Source of the DNA: a virus
Taxonomy: Duplodnaviria; Caudoviricetes
Virus record (IMG/VR): IMGVR_UViG_3300025848_000049
Coordinates: 1 to 56,136 of that record
Length of the DNA stretch: 56,136 nt
Strand: one strand, 5' to 3'
Position numbers and translations under genes: made by a program. Each line of letters opens with the position of its first letter. The stretch's first letter is position 1. The notes beneath the pieces are model-generated. The model ran no database searches and was not told the DNA's origin. It saw only the letters and a list, made by a program, of their open reading frames with translations. This document shows positions 47,829 to 56,136 of this stretch, one piece after another.

Positions 47829-48175
47829 AGCTGCTCATCACAATGAACATGCCAAGCGCCAAAGAGTACCTTGTCCACCAGATGACGGTTGAGACAGAGT
47901 GTGAAACGCTTGATAAGTTTCTGAAGCAACTAAATGACGACATCTTTGTTAAGGTGCTTCTTTACTATAAGCGCAAAGATCACATAACGGGAGAGACAAT
48001 ATGGGAAGATAGGGGTGATATACTCTTAAACACCAATCATATCGGTAAAGTGCAAGTCTACTTGGAATACGGAAAGGAACAGGACTATGATGAACCACAC
48101 AGAAATTTTGACAACCGCAGCGCACACGTTGAAAGAACGCGGCCATCAATACGGCCCCGTGGAACTCTCATTTGA
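47825..48175 (+). CDS. Hypothetical protein
   Basis: ATGA coupling to the upstream gene. Confidence 0.6.
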   Translation: MKLLITMNMPSAKEYLVHQMTVETECETLDKFLKQLNDDIFVKVLLYYKRKDHITGETIWEDRGDILLNTNHIGKVQVYLEYGKEQDYDEPHRNFDNRSAHVERTRPSIRPRGTLI

Positions 48176-48491
48176 TCGCGCCGCGAAGCTCGCATCTATC
48201 CGCCTGAACAGGCCGATCAGCATGTATGACGTTGCAATCATCATGTCGTGCGTGAAGCAAGCACGTCAGACAGAAAACCCCACGCTTGTTGACTCGTGGG
48301 TTGATGACGTAAACTACACGGCTATCGCTGGGCAGTTTGCGGCTGCGCAGTTTGGAAACATTGAGGATGACATCGCCGCTATGGCAAGGCGGCTCGCACC
48401 TAAACGGGAGAATACCAATGCGCCGACTGATAGCTATGACAACGGCTACGGCTCTCACCCTAACCAGCCTGATACACCCGCTGGCGGCTGA
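48087..48491 (+). CDS. DUF6378-like protein
   Basis: EIL..A.....RG.QYG....F...A.......DVAI.M..VK.AR......DSWVD..NY.A. Confidence 0.72.
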   Translation: MMNHTEILTTAAHTLKERGHQYGPVELSFDRAAKLASIRLNRPISMYDVAIIMSCVKQARQTENPTLVDSWVDDVNYTAIAGQFAAAQFGNIEDDIAAMARRLAPKRENTNAPTDSYDNGYGSHPNQPDTPAGG

Positions 48492-49038
48492 TGAATCAGC
48501 GGCAGATTTCTTCCGTAAAGATCGCGACTACTGGAGTAGGGGGCTACGCGCCCCCGAAACTCCAGCGTGGGCGGGCAAGCTAGACCTAAACGCTATGTCG
48601 CCAGACAAGGCCAAGGTTGCGGCTATGGTCGCTGCGGAAGCTAAATCCGTACTGGGCCAGCAGCACGTGCAGGACGCTCTCAGGCTGACCAAACTGGAGA
48701 GTGGGTATCGGTGCCATGTCCTTGGCCCCAAGACCCGCCACGGGCGCGCTGTGGGCCCGCTGCAAGTGCTGCCCAAGAGTGCGGAAGCCTTTGGGATCAG
48801 CTCATATGATCTTCATCGTGACTGCAAGGCGCAGATCATGGCGGGGATCAAGCACATGGAGAAGTGCATCTCCGTGGGGGCTAAGAGCTACAACCAATTA
48901 GCGGCGTGTCACGTTGCTGGCTGGGGCGGCTGGAATAAGAAACTTAACCGGAAAGCTCAGGCATACCGCGCCAAATACGTGCGGATGGCTCAGGCGTCCA
49001 AGGTGCCAGCATGGGCAGGGACATTATACACATGGTAG
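48418..49038 (+). CDS. Secreted lytic transglycosylase (SLT-like)
   Basis: Signal-peptide-like N-terminus; LESGY, AVGPLQVLP, AGIKHM motifs. Confidence 0.75.
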   Translation: MRRLIAMTTATALTLTSLIHPLAADESAADFFRKDRDYWSRGLRAPETPAWAGKLDLNAMSPDKAKVAAMVAAEAKSVLGQQHVQDALRLTKLESGYRCHVLGPKTRHGRAVGPLQVLPKSAEAFGISSYDLHRDCKAQIMAGIKHMEKCISVGAKSYNQLAACHVAGWGGWNKKLNRKAQAYRAKYVRMAQASKVPAWAGTLYTW

Positions 49039-49172
49039 AGGCCGCAACATTCTTGGGGATCATTATGCTGAGTTGCATAACGGTCCTGATCATTATGGTG
49101 ACAGGACTCCTGACCCTCATGGGTTGGGAGTTAGCGAGAGAAAAGTGGGATGACATAAGGAATAAGAAATAG
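49032..49172 (+). CDS. Small membrane protein
   Basis: MVEAATFLGIIMLSCITVLIIMVTGLLTLMGWELAREKW...; below the ORF-track cutoff. Confidence 0.5.
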   Translation: MVEAATFLGIIMLSCITVLIIMVTGLLTLMGWELAREKWDDIRNKK

Positions 49173-49179
49173 GTGATAC

Positions 49180-49680
49180 ATGGTTGCGATACAGCATGCC
49201 CATAAAACAGTTAAGAAAATACTAGAGCTTTGGGAGAAAGGACTTACCGGCAAACAGATCGGTGAAAAGCTAGGGATGACTAGAAGCGCCGTTCTGGGGA
49301 AAGTAGGTCGTCTGCGCAAACTCGGGCTACTTGAATACAGGGACCCCGCGCAGAAGAAGAACATATCCTCCAAGGAGCGGGCGCAGCGTAAGTCTTATCC
49401 GTTTGTTAAGAGCAATAAGAGCAGGGCGCTGCCGCCACTGCCGCCGGTGGAGGACGGTTTGCGGCCCCTGTCGCTCATGGAGCTGAAGGCGACATCCTGC
49501 CGATTTGTCATCAATGACAGCAAGAAGCCCTCTGACTTCCTGTTCTGCGGCAAGCCAAAGAAGACAGGATCGTACTGTGAGGACCATCACAGTATTTGCT
49601 ACATCAAGTCAGAGCCGCGCAAGCGCGACAGACCGCGCAAGGCATTTCAATTAAATCCAAGATACTTGGAGGCTAAATGA
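49180..49680 (+). CDS. gcrA: GcrA cell-cycle regulator homolog
   Basis: LWEKGLTGKQIGEKLGMTRSAVLGKVGRL; LMEL...CRFVI...FLFCG...SYCEDH. Confidence 0.88.
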   Translation: MVAIQHAHKTVKKILELWEKGLTGKQIGEKLGMTRSAVLGKVGRLRKLGLLEYRDPAQKKNISSKERAQRKSYPFVKSNKSRALPPLPPVEDGLRPLSLMELKATSCRFVINDSKKPSDFLFCGKPKKTGSYCEDHHSICYIKSEPRKRDRPRKAFQLNPRYLEAK

Positions 49681-49907
49681 TCTTACAACTTAACCCTACT
49701 ATTCCTCTGAACACGCCGAAAGGCAAAGCTCTTGCGCATTTCATCGTGGACTATGGCGCAGAACATCACTGGTTATGGATATGCTTTCATGAGGATGGGG
49801 AGTGCTGGACATGGGAAAACAAGGACGTGAGAGCAACCGACAATCCGACTTTCGGTCGGAATATCAAGTCATCAAATCAGGATGGCATAATACGTTTGGG
49901 TGGTTGA
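49677..49907 (+). CDS. Phage hypothetical protein
   Basis: MILQLNPTIPLNTPKG.ALAHF..DYG.E...W. Confidence 0.7.
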   Translation: MILQLNPTIPLNTPKGKALAHFIVDYGAEHHWLWICFHEDGECWTWENKDVRATDNPTFGRNIKSSNQDGIIRLGG

Positions 49908-50101
49908 GACGCCCAGAACGTGATGACATAGAGCAGGGTCTTTGGGCATATGAGGAGCCGGATGGGGACATTCGCATGTCGTCCGATCCTCGCCATGAAA
50001 AGGCTGCGTATTTAGACTTATGGGAGGCCCCAGATGGAGAGCGATTCTTTGCCTTCAGCTACGTGCCAAGAGCCAAAACCAAAAAGCTATCATCAGGTTA
50101 A
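49802..50101 (+). CDS. Hypothetical protein (start uncertain)
   Basis: Fills the gap between neighbours; overlaps the upstream ORF. Confidence 0.4.
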   Translation: MLDMGKQGRESNRQSDFRSEYQVIKSGWHNTFGWLRRPERDDIEQGLWAYEEPDGDIRMSSDPRHEKAAYLDLWEAPDGERFFAFSYVPRAKTKKLSSG

Positions 50102-50372
50102 GCGTGAGGTTTGTGCTAAACACGGCATAACCATGGAAGAGCTTGACGGTGAAAGGCGGACTATGAAGCTCGTTAAAGCTCGCCGCGAGGCGTGGTGGCG
50201 CGGGCGGCATGAGTGCAAGAAGAGCTATTTATGGCTTGCATTTTATAGCGGCCAAAAGGATCATACGAGCATCCTTCAGGGCGTCCGCCGATATGAGGAA
50301 ACAGTTTTACGAGCTTCGCAAAGCGGAGAGCGGGAGCATGTCGCTCCCACTGAATCAGGGCCAGTAACCTAG
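50034..50372 (+). CDS. DnaA domain IV-like HTH protein
   Basis: VCAKHGITMEELDGERR...VKARREA...KDHTSILQGVRR. Confidence 0.75.
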   Translation: MESDSLPSATCQEPKPKSYHQVKREVCAKHGITMEELDGERRTMKLVKARREAWWRGRHECKKSYLWLAFYSGQKDHTSILQGVRRYEETVLRASQSGEREHVAPTESGPVT

Positions 50373-50418
50373 CCTCTGGTTTTCAATAACTGTCACAGCG
50401 TCAGATCGTAACGCTTAC

Positions 50419-50450
50419 TGCCCCGGCTTGCGTTTTGCGTAGCCGGGGCA
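50419..50450. terminator. Hairpin between convergent operons
   Basis: tgccccggct...agccggggca. Confidence 0.7.
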
Positions 50451-50458
50451 ATTTACCT

Positions 50459-50686
50459 TTACGGCGTAGGCGGCGTCGGAGGCACCCATGGCGAGATGGG
50501 ATATTTGCCAGTCGCGATTTCCGCAAGCACCCAAACGGCCACGGGCGTACCGTCAGATTCTCGCGCGACATACGGACAAGCGACCCATGATTGCCCTGCT
50601 GTATCGTAGATTTCCAACTGGACCAGATATGCGCCGTCAGGCATGATCTGGCAGTTGTTAAGATTGCGAGCGGGTGCAGCCATCAT
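50459..50686 (-). CDS. Tail fibre assembly protein candidate
   Basis: Directly downstream of the fibre gene; W..CPY.A..SD...G.Y.ISPW.PP. Confidence 0.55.
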   Translation of the reverse strand: MMAAPARNLNNCQIMPDGAYLVQLEIYDTAGQSWVACPYVARESDGTPVAVWVLAEIATGKYPISPWVPPTPPTP

Positions 50687-50691
50687 TCACC

Positions 50692-52182
50692 TCAAGAAAC
50701 ACGCTGATACATGTAGTAATACTTGCCCGCACCAGTGTCCACGCCAGACAAGCCACGGAAGCGCCACGTGCCACTCAGAGCCGAACCAGAACCCAAGTCA
50801 TTGACGTTGTATGGGGTGAATGGGCTGGTGCCTGCATAAAGAGTTGTTGATTGGTTCATATAGAATCCGGGCGTTCCCGGAGTGTTGGTGCTGGACTCCA
50901 AGATCACCATGGAACCAATCGGGTAATTGGTGTTGGTGGCTGACGTGCCCGTGTAGGGAGCCTGCGCAATCGTCACAGTAGACGTGCCGCTCACGGAAAT
51001 ACCACCGTCCGTGCCAGCCACAATACTGGAAGGACCAGTGTTAGTGATTGTGACGCTACCGGTAGAGCCAGAGACACTAATCCCGGTTCCCGCTGCAACG
51101 CTCGTGACGCCGGAATTGCTGATCGTGATAGAGCCAGCGCCGCCAGAGACGCCAATGCCGGTTCCGTTGGTCAAGGACGCAAGCGTGAAGCCCGACCCAT
51201 TGCCAATCAGGAGTTGACCGTTAGACGGCGTAGAAGCCGTGCCCGTGCCACCGTTCGCGACCGGAAGGGTGCCGCTAACGTGAGTCGTCAGGCCAATCTT
51301 GCCCCAAGAGGGAGCCGCGCCGACGCCACCAGAAATAAGTGCATTGCCCGTCGCCGTACCCGCCAGCTTGGCGAGGGTGCTGCCCGTATTGGCATACAGA
51401 ATGTCGCCAACAGCGTAAGACGAGAACCCGGTGCCACCATAGCCAGCGCCAAGCGTGCCCTGCATAGAGAACGTGCCAGACGTTGTGACCGGCGTAGCAG
51501 GTGTGAATGACAGGCCAGTTGTGCCGCCATCAACCGTAATGCTCGTGACCGTACCGCCACCACCGCCGCCGCCAGCGTTCGCGGCCCAAACAGGAACCCC
51601 GCCAGACATGGTGAGGATATAGCCCGCCGTGCCAGCCGAGAGTTTGGCAAGCGTGTTGGTGCCAGAGGCGTAAATGATGTCGCCAGTGGTGTAGGTCGTG
51701 AACCCAGTGCCACCACGCACCGCAGTTACAGGCACGTCCAAGTTAACTTGACCGCCAGACACCGTAATGCCCGTGCCAGACGTGACCGTGGCATCAGATG
51801 ACAGGCGGATATTGGTGCCATCACTGAAGATCAGCGTTCTGGCGTTCTGCGTGCAGGTAACGGATGTGCCGCCGCCAAGTGAAGAAACGGTGAAGGTGTA
51901 GGAACCCGTGGTACGGTTATCCACAATCCACTGACCGCCGACACCGGATGGAATCCGGTAGGTCACATTGCCGACAAGCGTAGCAGTAGAGGCAAGGATA
52001 AGAGCCTGATATTCCGTGTCCGCCAGCGTGCGTGTGCCGCTCGTATCGGTGAGCGTCGCCACGCCGCCAAACGCTTTGTCAATGATGTCCCAGTCAGCGT
52101 TAACCGGCACATTCCACGTATCAATGTAGTCGTTATTGCCCGGCTTCTCTAAGTTCTTGTTGGTGGTGTACGTGGAGGTCAT
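50692..52182 (-). CDS. Tail fibre / tail protein
   Basis: MTSTYTTNKNLEKPG...TWN anchor; repeated GGTGF..Y..GDI.YA....LAKL; T/G/S-rich. Confidence 0.78.
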   Translation of the reverse strand: MTSTYTTNKNLEKPGNNDYIDTWNVPVNADWDIIDKAFGGVATLTDTSGTRTLADTEYQALILASTATLVGNVTYRIPSGVGGQWIVDNRTTGSYTFTVSSLGGGTSVTCTQNARTLIFSDGTNIRLSSDATVTSGTGITVSGGQVNLDVPVTAVRGGTGFTTYTTGDIIYASGTNTLAKLSAGTAGYILTMSGGVPVWAANAGGGGGGGTVTSITVDGGTTGLSFTPATPVTTSGTFSMQGTLGAGYGGTGFSSYAVGDILYANTGSTLAKLAGTATGNALISGGVGAAPSWGKIGLTTHVSGTLPVANGGTGTASTPSNGQLLIGNGSGFTLASLTNGTGIGVSGGAGSITISNSGVTSVAAGTGISVSGSTGSVTITNTGPSSIVAGTDGGISVSGTSTVTIAQAPYTGTSATNTNYPIGSMVILESSTNTPGTPGFYMNQSTTLYAGTSPFTPYNVNDLGSGSALSGTWRFRGLSGVDTGAGKYYYMYQRVS

Positions 52183-52192
52183 GTCTCAGTCC

Positions 52193-54562
52193 TCAGATGT
52201 GCCGGTTCGCGATCTCTAGCGCCTTGGCAATATGCTCATCCGGCGCATTGAGGAGCGGTTTAGTTTCCTTGCCAAGATTATGCTTGGCTTTCTCTGCCAT
52301 GGCAACAAGACGGTCAGCATGACCTTCTGCGCCCATCACTTTGCCACCATCAGCGCGGCCAACCCGATCCGGCGGAAGGCCATAGCCCGATTCTTCCTCA
52401 ACAGGATATAAGCCGGGCACATTTCTGACAGGTGCGGGAATTGTAACTTCAGGGCGGACCACGGGAGCGCCTGCCTTCTCTGCCCCAATTTGGACAGACC
52501 TCGCCAGACCGCGTACCCCTGAGCCAATGCTTTCCGCTGCAAGAGAACCAAGGATTGAGCCGGGGATGCCATGAAAAGAACCCGCGATGCCGCCAATTAC
52601 AGCCGGAGCAACGCGCTTTGCGGCCTTAACAAATAGGCCCTCTTTTTCTGCATCAGCGACTTTGCGAGCATTGATGATCTTAGTCGCCTCTGAGAGACGA
52701 CGCATCTGACTAATCTCGGCGGGCGTGAACACCTTCTTGGCAAGGGAAAGGTTCTCAGGCGCAAGGAAGCTATCAATCTTCTTGGGAAGATTTGTCAGAT
52801 TGTTTTGGAAGTCAAAGGCGTAGTTCTTGATGTAGCGATCAACCGCTTCCATGCCGGGAGAGCCACGACCAAGCGCGGACTCAAGTTTCTCATAAACCTG
52901 AGCGCCCATGTTGCCCTTGAGCAAGTTGGAATTGATAACCGCCTGAGCGGTTTCAGCAGCAGCAGGCTCAACAAAAGTTGTCATGCTGCCATCAGGCTCC
53001 TTGAATTTCTCAAGCGCCTTGCGGAAAACCTTTCCCGCATCGTCTTTTCCATAAAAGGTTTGACGATATATGGACCAAAGATCACGAGACTTTTTTAGGT
53101 CCTCAACAAGAGACTCGCCGCCCGGAGAAGAAAGCCTGCGGCCAAATGCTTGTTGAATTGCAGATTTAGTTCCTTGGTCAAAAGTTCCCGCATAAAACAA
53201 ATTGTTTGTCAGGGCCTCATCAAGAGAGTTCATGAATCCCTTCTTCATTGCCTGAATGGCGATGCGATCTTCTCCAGAGGCTTTTGCCCATAACGTATTA
53301 AGGCCCTTATTTACCTCATCAAGATTTTTCATGTTGATGGGCTGATTAAGGGGCAAGTGACCAGAGCCAACATCACTGAGAAGGCGCATAGCCTGCGGGG
53401 CATAGGTGAACTGAGGCAGCCTGTCGTAACTGGTCGGAAGACTCCGACTGTTTAGTTCTTTCACAACATTTGGCAGGACCAGATCGGTAAAATCCGTGTC
53501 AAAGTAGCCGGGATGAGAAAAGGTCTTCTCATACTGAGCTTTCGCCATGTTGTAATAGTCACGCTCTGTCTCATAGAGCGCGCGAGCAACAGCGGACTCA
53601 GGCGGACGCGGACCAGCCATAGCCTGACCAGTCTCGGCAATCTTCTCGCGAGCGGTAATCGCGCCTTCTTCGGCAGCTTCGGCGGCAGACACCGGAGGCT
53701 TCTTGCCCGTCACCATGCTCTTGGTCGGGTCAATACCTTCCGCTTTCAGTAGAGCTTCTTTTGCAGCCGCAACAGAAATACCCTTCTGGCCCATGACTTC
53801 TTCAAGCTGCGGACGGATGCGTTGAATATCTTCAGGAGACAAGCGCTTGCCAAACGCTTCCTCCACTGCTCTTGCAGCAGCCGGAGAAAGCTCACCAGCG
53901 GCATCCGTCACATCCGGCTTCTTGGCGAGGCGACTTGCAATGCCACCGATGGCAGGGCCAAGCACAGCACCCGCACCAGCGCCAACCGCAGCATCACGGA
54001 GAGCTTTAGCGCCAGCGCCTTCTTCAGCCGCAAATGGCCCTCCACTCTCAACATAAGAGCCCGCGCCAGACAGAACCCCGCCCATAGTGGATGCTTCAGC
54101 GGCCCGTCCTGCCAATTCACCAGCACGAGGAGCCACCACAGCTTTAGCTGCCTGACCAGCCCTCGCCACAGGACCGAGAGGTACGGCCAAGCCGCCCACA
54201 AAGCCAGCGCCCATTCCGACCTTTGAGGCAATCGGACTGCGCCGGGCAAGGGCCTCTTCATAGTCCTTCTGCTCTTTATAAACCTCACTGTAGGGACGAT
54301 CCCCAGAGAGATATGTCTTCAGAGCGACCGCATGAGAGGGCGCATTAAACAAAGCGGTATTGAGCGCGCTGTACGTGCCAGCTTTCACAGACTCAGGGAC
54401 AACACCTTCCGCAGCCTTGATTTTTGCCTCGTCGGAAAGAGCTTGCTGTTCCCCGGATGTCAGCTTTGGAGCAGGTCTGGATCCAATGCCAAGGTCGGCA
54501 TCAGACAGCAGATTTGGTTTGTCCAAGCCAAGATCGGCATCAGAAAGCAGCTTGTCGCTCAT
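52193..54562 (-). CDS. Internal virion (ejection) protein
   Basis: Large, Ala/Gly-rich, hydrophobic GA-rich segments; C-terminal RADGG...IAKALEI. Confidence 0.65.
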   Translation of the reverse strand: MSDKLLSDADLGLDKPNLLSDADLGIGSRPAPKLTSGEQQALSDEAKIKAAEGVVPESVKAGTYSALNTALFNAPSHAVALKTYLSGDRPYSEVYKEQKDYEEALARRSPIASKVGMGAGFVGGLAVPLGPVARAGQAAKAVVAPRAGELAGRAAEASTMGGVLSGAGSYVESGGPFAAEEGAGAKALRDAAVGAGAGAVLGPAIGGIASRLAKKPDVTDAAGELSPAAARAVEEAFGKRLSPEDIQRIRPQLEEVMGQKGISVAAAKEALLKAEGIDPTKSMVTGKKPPVSAAEAAEEGAITAREKIAETGQAMAGPRPPESAVARALYETERDYYNMAKAQYEKTFSHPGYFDTDFTDLVLPNVVKELNSRSLPTSYDRLPQFTYAPQAMRLLSDVGSGHLPLNQPINMKNLDEVNKGLNTLWAKASGEDRIAIQAMKKGFMNSLDEALTNNLFYAGTFDQGTKSAIQQAFGRRLSSPGGESLVEDLKKSRDLWSIYRQTFYGKDDAGKVFRKALEKFKEPDGSMTTFVEPAAAETAQAVINSNLLKGNMGAQVYEKLESALGRGSPGMEAVDRYIKNYAFDFQNNLTNLPKKIDSFLAPENLSLAKKVFTPAEISQMRRLSEATKIINARKVADAEKEGLFVKAAKRVAPAVIGGIAGSFHGIPGSILGSLAAESIGSGVRGLARSVQIGAEKAGAPVVRPEVTIPAPVRNVPGLYPVEEESGYGLPPDRVGRADGGKVMGAEGHADRLVAMAEKAKHNLGKETKPLLNAPDEHIAKALEIANRHI

Positions 54563-56136
54563 TGTCCCACCTTCTGCCAGCCAGTGCCCATCCAGCGGTA
54601 CTCACCTTTACCGGGAACCGTATAGACCTTACCAGTCTCGCGCTGATCCGCTGGCGGGATTGCAGGCGCTTGCGTTTCTCGCCCCTCGCGCTCACGATCA
54701 GAGAACTTGTTGAAGTTATAGGTCTGAGCAAGGCTGTCCAAATCGCGCCGCTGAACGCCACGGCCAACCGGAATCTCCTCAAAGGCTTTGCCAATGAACT
54801 TCTTTTCCTCATTACCGCTAATTTTATCGTAGTCGGCCACAAAGTCTTCCGGCGTGATGCCACGACCGCGCTTCAGGTAATCCCTGTCACGGGCGTTGAC
54901 ATAATCCATTTCTCCAAGAGCGCGCCCGATAAGCGCATAAGTAGCGCCGGGATCAAGCGACGGGTTGGGAACGGTCTGAACGGCTTCCGTAAGAGCAGCC
55001 TTGGGCGAGCGCGACAAGTTCTGATCGCCAACCACGCTGAAGGCTTGAGACAGGGCAATTTTAAGCGCCTGATCGTAGCTGGAGGTGTTGAAGCTTTCAG
55101 GCAACTGGATACTGAACGTCCTCGCCCAAGAAGCAAGTTCAGCCTTCAGCGGTTCAGCGCGACCCGGCTCAAACTTGCCGTAAATGTCAGCAAGTCGCGT
55201 TAGGGCACCACGTGCTTGAGAATATCCTTGTAGGCGCTTGTTGATGTCAGCACGATACTCTTCACCGCGTTGCGTAGACGCCTTCTGGATTTCCAGATTG
55301 TCCTTGTACTGTTTGTCAATGGCGTCCTCAACGTAAGCACGGCGGCGATCTCGCGCGTCCTTCATCAGCATAGCCATGCGCTGGGCTTCTTGCTCATTGC
55401 CCTGATTCTGAGCGTTGTTCATTTCAATTTCGTAAGCTTGAGCTTTCTTCTCAAGCATGTCTGGATCGCGGTCATCAAGAAGACCAAACTGCGCCTTGTT
55501 CTTAACCGCGTAGTCAAACAACTCCAGCTTACCCATCTTAAAGATGTCGGCAGGCGGACGTTGATCGGCCTTCGCAGGCTCACCCGGCTTTGCAGGCTCA
55601 CCCTGCTTCGCGGGTTCAGCACCCGGAGCCGCCTGCGGTTGCCCAGCAGTCTGCGGGGCACCAATAGCAGGGATCGCACCGATAGCGGCAGGAGCGTTTG
55701 TGGCGGTCGTGTCAATACCAAGAACGGCGGGGGAAACGCCGATGCCTGTGGCGATCTTGGAAACCGCAGAGTTGAACTGTTCAGGCGTAAGAATCTGTCC
55801 GGTGCTTTTGTTAAAGTAAATAGTCTTGCCACCCTCAGAACGGATGACAAACCGATCCTTCACAATGTCCAGCACACTCTTGGCGAGGTCGGCCTGCTGC
55901 TTAACGTTGGACTGATAACCAGCCACACCACCAACAATGCCCTCACCGATAGCCCCCGCCAGATACGGGCTCTTGGAAGACAGCATACTGCCGACAAACG
56001 ACAGCGCCGGAACCAAGAAGTCGCGAGAGGTCGCCTTCTCGGCCAGATTGTCAAACATGGACTTTGGCTCAGAGCCCTTCACATATTCCACGCCAGCCGC
56101 GCGGCGCTCGTCACCGGGAACAAGACCCGGCGGACG
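54559..56136 (-). CDS. Internal virion (ejection) protein, 5' end outside the window
   Basis: Frame stays open to base 56136 (RPPGLVPGDERRAAGVEYVK...); helical; C-terminal Y.W.GTGW. Confidence 0.65.
   Translation of the reverse strand, partial: RPPGLVPGDERRAAGVEYVKGSEPKSMFDNLAEKATSRDFLVPALSFVGSMLSSKSPYLAGAIGEGIVGGVAGYQSNVKQQADLAKSVLDIVKDRFVIRSEGGKTIYFNKSTGQILTPEQFNSAVSKIATGIGVSPAVLGIDTTATNAPAAIGAIPAIGAPQTAGQPQAAPGAEPAKQGEPAKPGEPAKADQRPPADIFKMGKLELFDYAVKNKAQFGLLDDRDPDMLEKKAQAYEIEMNNAQNQGNEQEAQRMAMLMKDARDRRRAYVEDAIDKQYKDNLEIQKASTQRGEEYRADINKRLQGYSQARGALTRLADIYGKFEPGRAEPLKAELASWARTFSIQLPESFNTSSYDQALKIALSQAFSVVGDQNLSRSPKAALTEAVQTVPNPSLDPGATYALIGRALGEMDYVNARDRDYLKRGRGITPEDFVADYDKISGNEEKKFIGKAFEEIPVGRGVQRRDLDSLAQTYNFNKFSDREREGRETQAPAIPPADQRETGKVYTVPGKGEYRWMGTGWQKVGQ

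Overview
A ~56 kb segment of a tailed dsDNA phage (Caudoviricetes), probably podovirus-like, infecting an Alphaproteobacterium (phage-borne gcrA, DnaA domain IV-like gene, KGG stress protein). Both ends cut through genes. Minus strand 32.5 kb to 1 is the late operon: terS, terL, portal, internal proteins including an ART-PolyVal-like toxin domain, GroES-like chaperone, scaffold, major capsid, head-tail proteins, a 12.6 kb collagen/glycine-rich fibre cluster, a methyltransferase-glycosyltransferase-TPR fusion, and lysis genes. Plus strand 32.7-36.8 kb carries a DUF3150-like / MoxR AAA / vWA-metallopeptidase trio. Minus 36.9-44.4 kb holds primase, helicase, iteron origin, HTH initiator, adenine methylase, an array of short paralogous cassettes, RusA and Cro. 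Plus 44.5-50.4 kb has Erf, YqaJ exonuclease, HNH, SLT and GcrA. Minus 50.5-56.1 kb has a tail fibre and ejection proteins. No integrase, CI repressor, tRNA, CRISPR or reverse transcriptase was seen. Most notable: (1) a fibre cluster built from 'base + tip' gene pairs in which the tip's N-terminal peptide matches the class of the preceding base's C-terminal domain; (2) a 4.7 kb YGGT/ACCR-depleted tract bounded by a GGGACCC cluster and a (TTGG)16 array; (3) a candidate antisense RNA plus RBS-sequestering hairpin upstream of the replication initiator; (4) structured RNA leaders in the capsid operon. All product calls come from motif recognition by eye, not database searches.
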